Assembly: GCF_036321535.1 (NCBI RefSeq)
Contig: NC_087437.1
Coordinates: forward strand, 119,662,001-119,726,000
Length of the DNA stretch: 64,000 bases
From: Camelus dromedarius
Taxonomy: Eukaryota
Direction of reading: 5' to 3'
How positions within the stretch are numbered: position 1 is the first letter of the stretch; every line of letters begins with the position of its first letter. Below are positions 12,517 to 24,120 of the stretch, piece after piece. The notes beneath the pieces were generated by a model. That model worked only from the letters and a program-made list of their open reading frames with translations, was not told the DNA's origin and did not search any database. The translations under genes and the position numbers were made by a program.

Positions 12517-14473
12517 AAAATACTTCCTGGAAAAGGAGGCTGGGGCAGCAGACAGACGACACAGGGCGAGCAAGGCAGCAGCAGCTCTTGGGGCTCCACG
12601 CCGGGTGCACGGGGCGCACGGCACATTGGCCCCCTGGGTCTGTGTGAAGGTGTCCACGGTAAAACACGAAAAACGAGTCCTGTGAAACTGAAGTTAGCGA
12701 GTGTGTTCTGAACATCAGCGGTGTGTCGGGCACCAGATAAAACATTGTGGGAAAATCTAAGTGAAGAAGACACGTGCTCTCCCCTCAGGGGGTTGAATAT
12801 TTGGAGCGAAAGGGGCGCAAGCATCTGGAATATTAAATAACAGGAAGGAGAGTTCAGGCAGAGTCAATGAGAGACCCCCGGCCCCCTCGCCCCACCTGCA
12901 CTCTTTCCACCCCTCGTCCCGGGGGGCTCAGGGGACGGAGGGCCCCGAGAACCAGGACATCAGGGAGAGCTGAACCCCTGGCCCCCTCCCGTACACCGTG
13001 GGGTACCCGCTCGAGACCCAAAACCTGGGCGTGTCCAGCACCCCACCCACCCCGGCCACGAGGAGGTCCCCGTTGCCTGCTTTGCCTGATGGGCACCCTG
13101 GGGAGGGAACTTTGGGAAACCACACCTTAGTGCCATTCGATTAATCATCAGACTCACACACTGGGGGGCAGAATGAACTCAGAGCCTTTCCTGCGCTCTG
13201 GGGCCCCACCCTACTTCTTTCCGCCTATCCCATTTCCAGCCTCCGCCGTCCCAGGCTGAATTTCAGCGTCTGTGGACGATCCTCCCTTCCGAGCCCCTCC
13301 CTACAGTCGTGAGGTCTTCTGGACACACAGGTGGAAGCATGGCTTCGTCACCTCTGGTGTCTGCAGAACCCCGTCCACTGGCTGCTCATTGCAGGGACGC
13401 AGACCCAGCCATCTGTGGCTGTGGCACGTGGCCGGGCGCTCAGGATGCAGTGCCTGAGCGGTTGAGTGAGGAGGACTGGGAGGGAGAGGACAGCCCAGCA
13501 GGAGGAGGAGGGCGTGAGCAAGGTGGGAAGGAGAGGGCCATGTGGCTCAGCAGACAGAGCAACAGAAGATCCAGCGGGGCTGGAGGGTGACAGCAAATGC
13601 CTGCCGACTGCCTGGCATGGGCCCCTCACAGACCTCACCTGCTAAGTCCTCGCCCTCCTGGGCGATCTGAAGCATTTCCGCCATTTACGCCACAAGACTC
13701 TGAAGCCCAGAGGCGCTGAGAGGCCACGTGCCCAAGTCACCCCACTGGAGAGCATGGGCCGGGGGTCAGGCCTGTGTGTCCGGCTCCCAGAGCAGCCTCC
13801 TGGCAGCCGCACCATGACTTTGGGGCCAAAGACATGAGTGTGACATTGATGGGAAACAACACAGGAGACGCGGATGGGGGCTTCCATCTGGGTGTCGATG
13901 GAGGGAGAACGTAACAGTCGCAGGAGAGGCTACGTGACCAGTTTGCCATCAGCCTTGGCTTTCAGAGGAAGCTCTGTGTTCTGATCTCCCCCTAAGGCAG
14001 CTCAGTGGGTCTGGCCTCAGGCGTCTGCCTGACTCACTCGGCTGGTCTAACCCCCAAAGCCCGGCCTTGTCCCAGCATTGGCCCCATGTCCTGTCACCCA
14101 AGGGAGGCCCGCCCCTCCCTGGACTCCTGATTTTCTCTAAAGTCAGAGCCTTCCAAGGCCCGTTGTAACAACCAGCTGATAACTCTCAAGCTCACAGGAC
14201 GAGGCCTGGACAGGAGGGCGGCCTGGAGCACAGCCGTGCCATCCCTCCAGCCCCCCGGCCCACGTGAGGACGTGACAGGCTCGGAAGAGCTCACACACCA
14301 CCGGGCTGACTGCACGGACTGCGCTCCAACCGGCCACGCCTACTGCTGCTTCCAGCCGGGTCTCTCGGGGCCTCGGCACCACCACGTGCTCCACCCAACG
14401 ACGCTGGGGGCCCCGTCTAATAAGAGGCACTCTCTGCACCTGCTCTGACCTTGAGATGTGCTCTGTCCCGCAG

Positions 14474-14583
14474 CGGGCGTCACCCTGATCGTGGGCCACG
14501 GCTCGGCGCTGGACTCCTGCACCCGCCCCCTCCTCCAGCTGCCGCCCCGGGACTGCGCGGACTTCGCCCAGCTGGTGAGAAAG
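14474..14583 (+). CDS. UBASH3A: UBASH3A coding exon (A/GVTLIVGHGSALDSCTRPLLQLPPRDCADFAQLVRK), 110 nt, second catalytic His
   Basis: tcccgcag|CG acceptor, AAG|gtacgc donor; LIVxHG motif. Confidence 0.95.
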
Positions 14584-16569
14584 GTACGCACCCCTCTTTT
14601 CTCTTTGGGCAGCACAGCCGAGCAGCCTGAGGATTTGGGGTCGCCACACCCCCTCCTCAGGATGGAGATAAGTGTCCGGACATCCCAGGCAGCAGGGACC
14701 TGCCTGTCCCCCTAGAACATGCAGGAGGCTGACGGGAGAGGCTGTCACCTTGATCGTAACTTTGGCCATTTGCTGCCAAGATGATATGAAAAACAATACC
14801 AAGGAATTTAGAAATCAGCTCCCGTGGTAACTCCTTGCCGCTCTGGGGGTTAAGTACATGGCCCGGCGAGGAGTCCGTGATTTGAATAGGGAGAGAAAGG
14901 ACAGTTGCTTGGCTGGCTGGCTTTGGGGACTCGGGGCTGCTGGATGGAAAGGATCCCCTCCCTCTCGCCGTTGGAGTCACCACAGAACACAAGGGCAGGT
15001 CGTAGCAGCCAGAGCACCCGGCACTGGGCCGGGGCCGTGGAAACACTTGCTGAAAAGGCAAGCAGGTGGTGGACGTGCAGAGAATAACGGGCCCTTTGGA
15101 CCGACTTGCGGTGCGTCCCACCCAGCAAAGCAGGGTGGCTTTTACCCAGCTAGTGAGATGAGCCAAGGCGGGCAGACTCAGGACTCAGACTTCCTCCTGC
15201 CCCTGCCCCAAAATTCTCCTCAGGACCGATCGCCCTCTGCCTTTGTCCTTCTCATCAAATTAATCAGTCAGCGGACCTGTGACCTTGAGACTGGGAGTGC
15301 AGCGGTGCAGACAACCCCTGTGATGGAGGGTGGGTCCCTGACCTGGCCGTGGGACCACCGCCGGCCACAGGAGTGGGTAGCGAGGTGTCGCTGAGCCCCG
15401 GAGGGGTCTGGGGGCTGCAGAGGAGCCTGACCAGCACTGGATCCATGCTGTGCAAAGCGCCTGGTCTCGGCCGCTCCCTGCCCTGCCGGAGGAAGCACGT
15501 TCCTCCCTCCCCCGGGGTACGTGAGAAACGAAGTGCTTCCGCGCTTGAAATGCCCAGGCAGCAGACCCGAGGATGCCCAGTCTTCTTCCTGTCCCCTCTG
15601 GACCTGCGTAGAAATGTGTGTTCCCCTCCAAAGTGTCTTCACGGTGGTGTTTCCCAGTCATGACCCAGATATCCCTGAGCCCTTCCGGTTCCTGGGCCAC
15701 CAGTTGACCGTTGTCCAAATGCATGGCTCGGTCACCCCCGCCACACTGGGAGACACCGGGGAGACTTTCTGAGGGGTGCTCCTGGTCGGCCCCAGCACTA
15801 GCTGCTCCGTAAGTGTCCTCTTGCTCCCCCAAATGTCACCACATCTTCCGTTCCTGCACCACATCCTACAGCCCTCGGCTCTCCTGGGAGCCCCATCGTC
15901 CACAGAGACAGCAGCGCTGCACGCACCAGCCACGGCCTGAGAATTGCATGTTGACACTGCTCCAAAAACTCATTTGTCTTTGTGGCCAAATTCCCACGCG
16001 CTCACCTGACCCTTGGCACCCTCCCCCATGAGATGCCAGCCTTGACCCTCCAAACTCCTGCCACTTTCCTTATGCTGACGGCTCAGTGTCCACCCCTGCC
16101 CACCCCCAAATAAGCAGGGTCTGCCCGTGCATGTCACAAACGCACATCACCGCGGGCTCTGCCGGCGGGCCTCGTCGGGGCAGCAGAAGGTGGACATGCG
16201 CAGGCCCACCCCCACCACGCCCACCCCGGCCCCCAGGCTCTCAGAACAGAGGGAGAGAATGTCGCTGAGTCAACACCAGCCCCCTTGGGTCCTCCCCGCA
16301 GGGTGCAGTGCTTGCAAATTTCCTCTGACCAAGGAACTTCCAGACGTTTAAAAGAGAAGGGGAAAGGGAGAGCAGAGCTCGTAAACAAACAAACAAAAAG
16401 CCTGAGGAAGAAAGGTCTGCTCCAAACCATTCATTTAACAGATGAAGGAACTGAGGGCTAAAGTTTCACTTCGTGCTTTCATCTCGGGTTTGCAAATGCA
16501 ATCCCTGTATCTTTCTGTGATGCTAAATTTGAGAATGGAAGCCACTCTTCAAGCAGTTGGTAGACAGAT

Positions 16570-16785
16570 GGGGTTCTCAGCTTCCGCACTGCTGACATCT
16601 GGGCAGAATCCTGCTGTGCTGGGGACTGTCCTGTGTGTCTGGGGTGGTAGCAGCATTCCTGGCCTCTGCTCCTTAGATGCAACAGCACACGCACTGTGAC
16701 GAAGGACGGTGTCTGCAGACACTTGCCACTGCCCGTGGGAGGGGCAGGGCAGCACCCCTGTGGAGGTCTGTGTGTGAGCCGCTGG
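16570..16785. mobile_element. MER20-like hAT-Charlie relic
   Basis: GTTCTCAGC..CACTGCTGACATCTGGGC..GGGGACTGTCCTGTG..GTCTGCAGACACTTGCC. Confidence 0.65.
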
Positions 16786-16915
16786 CACTGTGTTTAAGCA
16801 GCCGTGCCAGAGAGGGTACGTCATGCGAGCCTCCGGGGTGTAGCTGGTTTTAGAACGTGTCTACAGTCGATTGACCTGGTGTAAAATATTCATCAGTGAT
16901 TGAACTGTGTTCCAG

Positions 16916-17053
16916 GTCCCTTCTCTGGGGATGTGCTTCTGCGAAGAAAATAAAGAGGAAGGCAAATGGGAGTTGGTGAACCCTCCGGTGAAGACGCTGA
17001 CTCACGGTTCAAACTCAGGGTTTAACTGGAGGAGCTGGACCCAGGGCAGCTAA
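16916..17053 (+). CDS. UBASH3A: UBASH3A terminal coding exon (VPSLGMCFCEENKEEGKWELVNPPVKTLTHGSNSGFNWRSWTQGS*)
   Basis: gttccag|GTC acceptor, TAA at 17051-17053; C-terminus matches UBASH3A. Confidence 0.96.
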   Translation, partial: VPSLGMCFCEENKEEGKWELVNPPVKTLTHGSNSGFNWRSWTQGS

Positions 17054-17336
17054 GAGCTACCTCTCTGTTCGCATAATGTCACAACGAAGAGGCTGAACTC
17101 TTCGCTGAGGCTGTAAGACACTGTCATTTGGAAGGGACCGTTAGTCTCCCCGAATGTGATTTTTAGAAGCACAGAGCGCACTTTCAGATGCTGAGGGACG
17201 GCCGCTTCCGCGGTGGCGCCCGCCGTCTGCACGCCCGTCCTCCCACAAGTTTGGCCGTGGGGATGCCACCTTGGACCACGTGCATCCGCCATGTGGCTGG
17301 GGGGCAGCTGAGGAGCCATGACTCAGGTTTCCAGGA

Positions 17337-17342
17337 ATTAAA
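17337..17342 (+). terminator. Candidate UBASH3A polyadenylation signal (ATTAAA)
   Basis: ATTAAA ~285 nt after the stop, followed ~35 nt later by a T-rich tract (tttattttttactttctt). Confidence 0.5.
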
Positions 17343-18699
17343 GACCCACCCCACACTCCCCATAAGGATGTCTCCACTTTATTTTTTACTTTCTTAATCA
17401 TCAAATTCCCTATCATTTTTCCTTTTTCTGTTTCAATCACTCTCTGGCTACGTCCACACAGGCAGAAAGAGGCAGAAAATTGTCTCCCTTCTGTGAGTCC
17501 CTGGGCTCCGCCGAACCCACCCGCACACCCAGGAAGACCTCCCTGCCTCAAGGTCCTTAACTTAATCCCATCTGCCAAGTCCCCTTTACCCTGGGACGTA
17601 GCACACTCACAGGTCAGAGGTGAGGATGGGGACATCTTGGGGGCCACTCTTCAGTCTGTCGCACCCCCAGTCCTTCCAAGGCATGTCAGGGCTGCTCAAA
17701 CAGAGGCCCGGGTGTTGGGGTCTGGGGCTCCCGACTCACCAGGTCTCAATTGTCTTCTCCTTTTCTCCCCCTCAGGCTAGAGGAGGAGGGAGGGGCGCTT
17801 CGCAAATGGAGGGAGTGGGTCCCACCCCAACTAACAGGAAGGAGAGACCAGAGAAAGGACTCCCCCTTTCACCCCGCCAGGGCAGTGAAGCCTCCAGAGA
17901 TGGTGTGAATTCAGTGATGCCGTGAGTTTGATAAAGTTGGTCCAGGCAGTGGATGAGGGACCCCAGGGGTGTCCTCTCACCCCAGCCCTGCTGAAGAAAA
18001 AAAAGCCCTCCAAGTGCTCTGGGGTTGGGGGGGCACCATCGTCGCTGGAGGTGCCCCCCCATCCCCCTGTTTTCTCTCCTGGACACCCTGGTGCCACATC
18101 AACCTTGCTAATTCTGATGATGAATAGAAACTTGAGGAATGGTGCAAACGAGGTCTAAATCAAGGTCTCTTCTTTAGGGGTGGTCCACGCGATATCCAGA
18201 TTCACCCTCTCAGGGGTGAGGCATCTGGGTCTCGTACCCCTGGGCGATGAAGGGGCAGACAGCCACCTCCTCCTTGCTGGGCTGCTGATGAGGGTTTACA
18301 AGGCAGAGCGAGGGGGGTTCGAATCTCAGAGCTTGAGGTGCAGGGTGCAAGAAACACCGCTTTCTTTATATTCTGTAATTCTGGTTCTGACCAGCCCCCC
18401 TTCTGCTGCAGTGGCCGAAAAGCCCACTTCTGTCACTCTTAGCTTCCAGAATAAACCTCACTGTGGCTCTTTCGGAAGATGGGAGGGTGGCCGGCCTCGG
18501 GCTGGGCTGCAAGGAAATCGAGGGGCCGAGCCGGCGCCTGATGGAGGAGTACGTGCTGCGGGTCGGGGGCCACCGAGCCCTGACAAACACTCTGCTGTGT
18601 TTATCTGAGAAGACAGAACAATCATACTCTTCCACGGAAGCAAGTCTGATTTTAGAACCAAATTTGAGATGCTTTAGCTATGAGTTATTTTGGTAAACT

Positions 18700-18945
18700 T
18701 TAGGGCTGACTTGTGTCCCTTGCAAAACTCCTAAGTCCTAACGCTGAGCACTTTAGAAAGTGACTTTTTTTGGAGAGAGGGCCTTTAAAGAGGTGACTAG
18801 AGTGAAACAAGGTCACTGGGAGTGGTGCTAATCCAAGATGGCTGTGGTCCTTATAAGAGGAGACGGAGACACATGCGCACACAGAGGGGTGGCCCCGTGG
18901 GGACACGGGGAGAAGACAGCCACCTACACGCCATGGAGACAGGCC
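18700..18945 (+). mobile_element. MLT1A/B-type LTR fragment
   Basis: GGGCCTTTAAAGAGGTGA..TAATCCAAGATGGCTGTGGTCCTTATAAGAGGAG. Confidence 0.65.
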
Positions 18946-19102
18946 TAGTTCTGTCATCTGCTGTCACTAACCATTGCTTCTTTCAAAGAGTACAATAGTG
19001 ACCGTGTGCCAGTTCACCACCAGCCTGGGGACCCGGGCAGGGAGTGGCAGCCAGTCGTCTCTGTGACAGTGATTCACCTGCAAACCTGCTCCGTTCATGT
19101 AG

Positions 19103-19312
19103 CCCAGGGTTTCCTGACCTCCACACTATCGACCCCGGCGGGGGTTCTTTGCTGCAGGGACCGTCCTGTGCCCTGCGGGATGTTTAGCAGTGTCCCTCGT
19201 CTGGGCCCAGTACGATGCCAGTAGCACTCTTCCTCATTATGGTAACAAAAACTGTCTCCAGATGCTGCCAGTGTGCTCAGGGAGCAAAATCACCCTAGCT
19301 GAGGACCGCTGA
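19103..19312. mobile_element. MER20-like hAT-Charlie relic
   Basis: GGATGTTTAGCAGTGTCCCT..GATGCCAGTAGCAC..AAAAACTGTCTCCAGATGCTGCC..GAGGACCGCTG. Confidence 0.75.
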
Positions 19313-20010
19313 TGTGCTCCGTCCCCAGGACACTGAGAGCCCTGTAAACCAGTGATGCTATGTCAAGGCCCTCGAGAATTCCGTGACGTGCACGCGCGTG
19401 CCCGTGGGGCCCTGCTGGGTGTACGTGCTCCTGTGGAGGTGAATGTCAGAACAAATGGGTCCCTGTCTTGAGCCGAGCAGCTTGTGATGCTCTGAAGGGC
19501 AGGGTTCTGTGAGTCGGAGGACGAGGAAGTCCAGGTGTGCCCTGTGAACAGGTGCGTGCGCCTGGGGTGGGTGGGAGGGGGAGCAGAGCGGAGGGGTGGA
19601 CATGCTCCACCGAGTGGGCCCTCCTGTCCTGGTGGCCAGGTCCTGATGATCAAGCCCCACCTGGTTTCCTGTCTTTTAGTCCATTTGATGGAGTCGTCCA
19701 ACCAAAGTCCAGAACTTGAAAGTGTGCCATGGGCACCAAATGACTGTAGAGTCCTTGGACCCAGTGCTGGGTCCCAATACAGAGGAATCTTCTCTGCAGC
19801 TCCCCCGCCCACACTCCCCACTCCCCACAGACCCCAAGGGCCAGCAGACAGTGGCTGCTCACACATTAATGGAATTGCAATTAGCAGTTTCCAGTAGGGA
19901 AGGAGACACTAATTTCTCAGCATCTATGAACATCAACAACAGCATTGCTTGGAGGAATTAAATTGGGTTCAGGAGACCTGGGCTTGAGCTCCAAGTCTGT
20001 CCTTAAGTCA

Positions 20011-20634
20011 TGTTTATGCAGGAAAAAGGATGTGGGGCGTGAGAAGGGCCGTGTCCCAGGCTTCATTTGAAGTATGGGCCCTTGGCTTCGCGCAGAAAAG
20101 AATTCAAGAGCCAGCCACAGTTGAGTGAAGGTAGATTTATTTAGAGAGGCACATTGAAAGGCAAGAGAAAGACCACAAGGTGTGGGGAGTTGAGTGCTCA
20201 GATTAGAGTAAAAGTAGGTGCACACTCCATAGACAAGTGCGAGTCGTCTCCAAAGTGGGAGAGAGAGAGGAGGCTCGGGCAGCAAGGCACTGTGTTGCCA
20301 GTTTTTTTGGGCTCAGTGTCTTCACATGCTAATAAGTGGAAGGACCAGTCTAAGTAGCCTGGGGAAGGGGCTGGGAGTCCCAGGAAGTTGGCCATTTCCC
20401 ACTCTTAGACCTTCCGTGGCTAGCTAGCGTTGGAGCTGTCATGGCGCCTGTGGGCATGTTATTTACCATCTTGATATATTACAGTGAATATATAATGAAG
20501 CTCAAGTTCTGCTAGAAGTCAGATCTCCCACCGCCTTGAGCATCAAGGCCTCCTGGGGGCTGAACCCTCCACCGTTTTGATGTTAATTGCTGCAGCATTC
20601 CTGACCGGCTGTGCCCTGCCCCCTTCCCGCCTCA
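20011..20634 (-). mobile_element. ERV solo LTR inserted in a MIR-like segment
   Basis: TG...CA ends; minus-strand polyA signal (tttatt ~20136); GAATTCAAGAGCCAGCCA motif; MIR-like flanks. Confidence 0.6.
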
Positions 20635-21691
20635 GGTGTGACCTCTGTGAGCCTCGGGCTCACTGTGGTAGGGTAGGTGGGCTGGTCACAGCGTCCCGCC
20701 TCTGCTCTGGAGGAAGGGTCGTCCTCTTAGCTGTGAGCGTAGGGGGCCTGATCTGAAGTGTCTGCAGTATTTGTCAGTTTCCACAGGGGAAATGCTCCCA
20801 TCGTGGCCAATTTTGAGCCACCAGCATTTCAACAGTTGATTTTAAAAATGCCTGAGAATTTTAAAATCTGCTCTCCCGAGCCGCTCTTGGGAGAGGGTCA
20901 GCTTTGGTGAGAAGACGCTTCGGTTGCCTGCGGGCACCAGGCCAGCCACGTGGTTCAGGCTGGTGCCCACTTCCCGCTGAGAAAGGCAACAGTCTCATCC
21001 ACAAAAAGGGGAAGGACAGAAAGGGGCCAGGTCAGGAGGAAAGGCTGAAAAGAAGAGCCGGGTCAGTGCCGTGTGCTGAGCACTGGGCAGACAGTGGGCT
21101 CCCAGCATCCCTCCGGGGTTGTGTCTCTTCTGGGCTCCCCATCCAGCCGGTGACTTGGTTGCGGGGACTGTGCCGGGAGGGAGCCCCACCCCTCCCTCTA
21201 CCCAGCCTCCCTGTTCAACTAGCTACCGCCTGCTTCCACCCCCACCCCCGACCCCCGACCCCGCTGACTCAGCCACACTAGGGGACCACAGGCGCTGTGG
21301 GCTGGGAGTGTGGATGAGCTGGGCCAAGCCTGCTCCGGGGCCAAGCGCTCGCCCCAGGCTCCCACCCCGTGATGATCCCCCAGCGAGGGGGGAGAGAAGA
21401 GCCGCGGCCCCGCCCGGCTGGGACCTCTTCTGCTGTTTCAGCATCTGTAGGATTCTTGATTGTCTGCCCCATCTGGCACGGGTAGAGCATAGAGCAGGGC
21501 CTGGAGTTGGCTGTTTGCAGCCGTGATTGGGGTGGGTGACGTGTCTGCCCAAAAGCCACTTCAGAGCAGGTGACATAGCCCAGGCTGGCCCTTAGGTCCT
21601 GGCAGTGCAGCGTAGCTGCAAGGAGCACACGTTTAAAGTCAGAAAACTCCGAGTCGATCCCAGGCCCGACACTCACCTACTCTGTGACGTG

Positions 21692-22176
21692 TGTCTGCTG
21701 AGATAGATGCACAGGGCTAGTCCGTGAACGTTTCTGAGGACTTGAACCCCTTGAGCTGGGATGACCGCCTCTCAGATGGCTCTGAGGGGCGGCTCCGAAG
21801 AGGGAGGGGAGGAGCCAGGATATATAGGAGCTTTTATAACGAAAGCCAGGTAGTCAGAACATTGAAAGATTGTCGTTAATTAAAGAAAACCAGACATCTC
21901 GAGTTAAAGAATTCAGCGCTTTTCTATGTGTGGGAAGGTGCAAAATTCTGGGCTCACTGAAACCATTCCTTTATGTGCACCTGGCTGTCTAGGGCCAGGG
22001 CCCTGTTCTTTCCTATCCTGCGTCCCCTCAGGGGGCACGGCTGGGAGTGGCTGCAGAGGCCGGGCTGCCTGCTTGTCTGCAACCGAGTTCCCTCCGCTCA
22101 CTGTCGGGGTGGTTGATGACTTGACGGCTGCAGCATCCTTTGTTTACTGATATGGCTGCAATATTTTGCGTTCGCA
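21692..22176 (-). mobile_element. ERV1-type solo LTR splitting a MIR (TSD CGTG/CCTG)
   Basis: TG..CA termini; 4-bp near-TSD at 21688-21691 and 22177-22180; same family as the LTR at 29351-35469. Confidence 0.8.
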
Positions 22177-23451
22177 CCTGGAGTAAGTTGTTTAATTCTC
22201 TAAACCTCTGTTTTCTCACCTATAAAATATGAACATACGTTAGTAGCATCTTCACAGGACTGTTGTAAGGAAAGGGTAACCAAGGCTGTTAACAGAAAGT
22301 TTCAGCATAACGCTTCCAACACAGCGATCTCAGTTTGGGTTGAGAGCTCTGTTATTCAGATTACCAAGAAAGCCAGTCACGCTTTTACCTAGATGCTCTC
22401 CTCTGCCCGGTCCTGGAGAGCACGGATGTGGGGTGTTCCGTGGCTCTGCGTGGGGCTTTGTGAAAGCCGAGACAGCAGGAAATGGCACTTAGAAACCTGA
22501 CTTAGATCCGTTTTTTGTATGCACTTGGATTTAGAAGAATTATATACAAAAAAAAAAAAAGGAAAATAGTAATTTGCTGTAATCAGAAAGCCAGAGCACT
22601 TTAGAAGGGAAAAGCAATTCAAAGAATGGCTCCTGAAAAGACCTGGATGCCCAATAATAGTAGCTTCACAGAATGCTGCTTATTTTCCTGAATCGCTTTC
22701 TATTCTTTCCATTTTTGCCTGTGATAAGAAGAGCGAGTGATACCATCTCGGTGTTAGAGCGGGAGTAAGCGGAAGACGTAGCTTCCCAAGCCAGCCTTGT
22801 AAGCGGTGGGGCCCCGGTGGGAAGCGACGGCACCAGGTTAGAAAAATATAGGTCCAGTGTCAACAGTGAAATTGGGGGAAAGTGTGACTCGGAGCCCAGA
22901 AGTAACCGTTGTGGGGTTTTTCTTCTCACCATAAACAACTGGAAAGCTGGCCAAAAATACATGAAGCAAGTTTTTTCAGCTATTGCACGACAGGCAGTGC
23001 AAGACTGTGATGTTGAAAAGGGAAGGAAATGGAAATGAGCCTTAAGACCACTGCAGCTTCCTACCGAGAAGTAATTTCCAAACCACAGAGCAGGGAGGGG
23101 CAATATAAACAGAACCCTGAGATCTTACAGAGTTGAGGAGACAAAAATTGACATTTGGGGAAGATGAGGCAGATGGAAACTGTAGGACAGGGTATCCAGG
23201 AGGGGGTGATTGCAGAGAAAGAGGTCTGGAGACTTCATGGAGGACCCCTGAGTCTCTGGCGGACACCAGTCTGAGCGTGAGTAGAGTACAACCCCACCAG
23301 GCCAGGGGACGAATGGTCACAAGACTATAGGCAAAATGCTTGGCAAAGCTTTACATATGTATGGGACATTTAAGTGCCAACCAGCCAGAGTACAGAGACC
23401 TCACTGAATACATACAGCATTTAATAGAGGCAAAAAAAAAACCACCTTACA

Positions 23452-24120
23452 TATCAGTTATGGTCCAATCAGGAGACACAAACTACTCAATAATTTGAGC
23501 AAAAAGTTTAATATAAAGAATGATTAACTATAATAAGGGCGTAACTCTAAAGACAAAAAGAGAATTCTAAAGAACGCTTTAAAGCTGAGGGAGAATACTC
23601 AAGAATGGACAACCTTGGGAGGAGGTCTTCCTCCTCACGGCTGGGTTCAGGCCTCACTGGAGACAGTATTTGCAGGTCACTGGATGGCAAATAACTTTGC
23701 TGGAATTTGCAAATCTGAGCTGGTTCTCAGCAACCGTGGAAACAGGAAACATCCTCCAAGTACAGACAGGCCAAGGCTGGTGGGCCAGTGTGCAGAGAGA
23801 GTTGGGGCATTGGAAACCCATTTGCCAACGAGATGGCATAAAACCTGGTGTGCATGGAGTCTATATTTGGAGGGCCACATCCAGGTGGTCATCAGACTGG
23901 GTCAGTCACCACCGACAGTGTTCAGTATAAGAAAAAAAATGACAACGTGCCAGAATCAGAAAAAGAAGCTCCTTCCTCCTGAAATTTCCCTCCAGCACCC
24001 TCTGCTGACAGAGCTCAATATTGTGCTCACTGAAGAGGAAAAATGCTTCAAGCTCCATCATCACAGTGCAGGAGAAGAAGGTGGATCAGGAGCTCAGAGG
24101 CAATAAATTGACAAATGGCA
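23452..24120. mobile_element. ERVL-like LTR relic inserted into the old L1 5' region
   Basis: TATCAGTTATGGTCCAATCAGGAGACAC..AAGTTTAATATAAAGAA resembles recalled ERVL LTR ends; family uncertain. Confidence 0.4.

Larger units (their letters stand above)
1535..17053 (+). other. UBASH3A: UBASH3A (STS-2/TULA) gene, 3' part: last 7 coding exons (816 nt = 271 aa + stop) encoding the histidine-phosphatase (PGM-like) domain; 5' exons lie upstream of the window
   Basis: Seven GT-AG exons splice in consistent phase into one ORF with RHGE, SPALRCVQTA, EPGIFEW, IVGHGS and LTHG..FNWR motifs typical of UBASH3A; convergent with RSPH1 as in other mammals. Confidence 0.97.
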
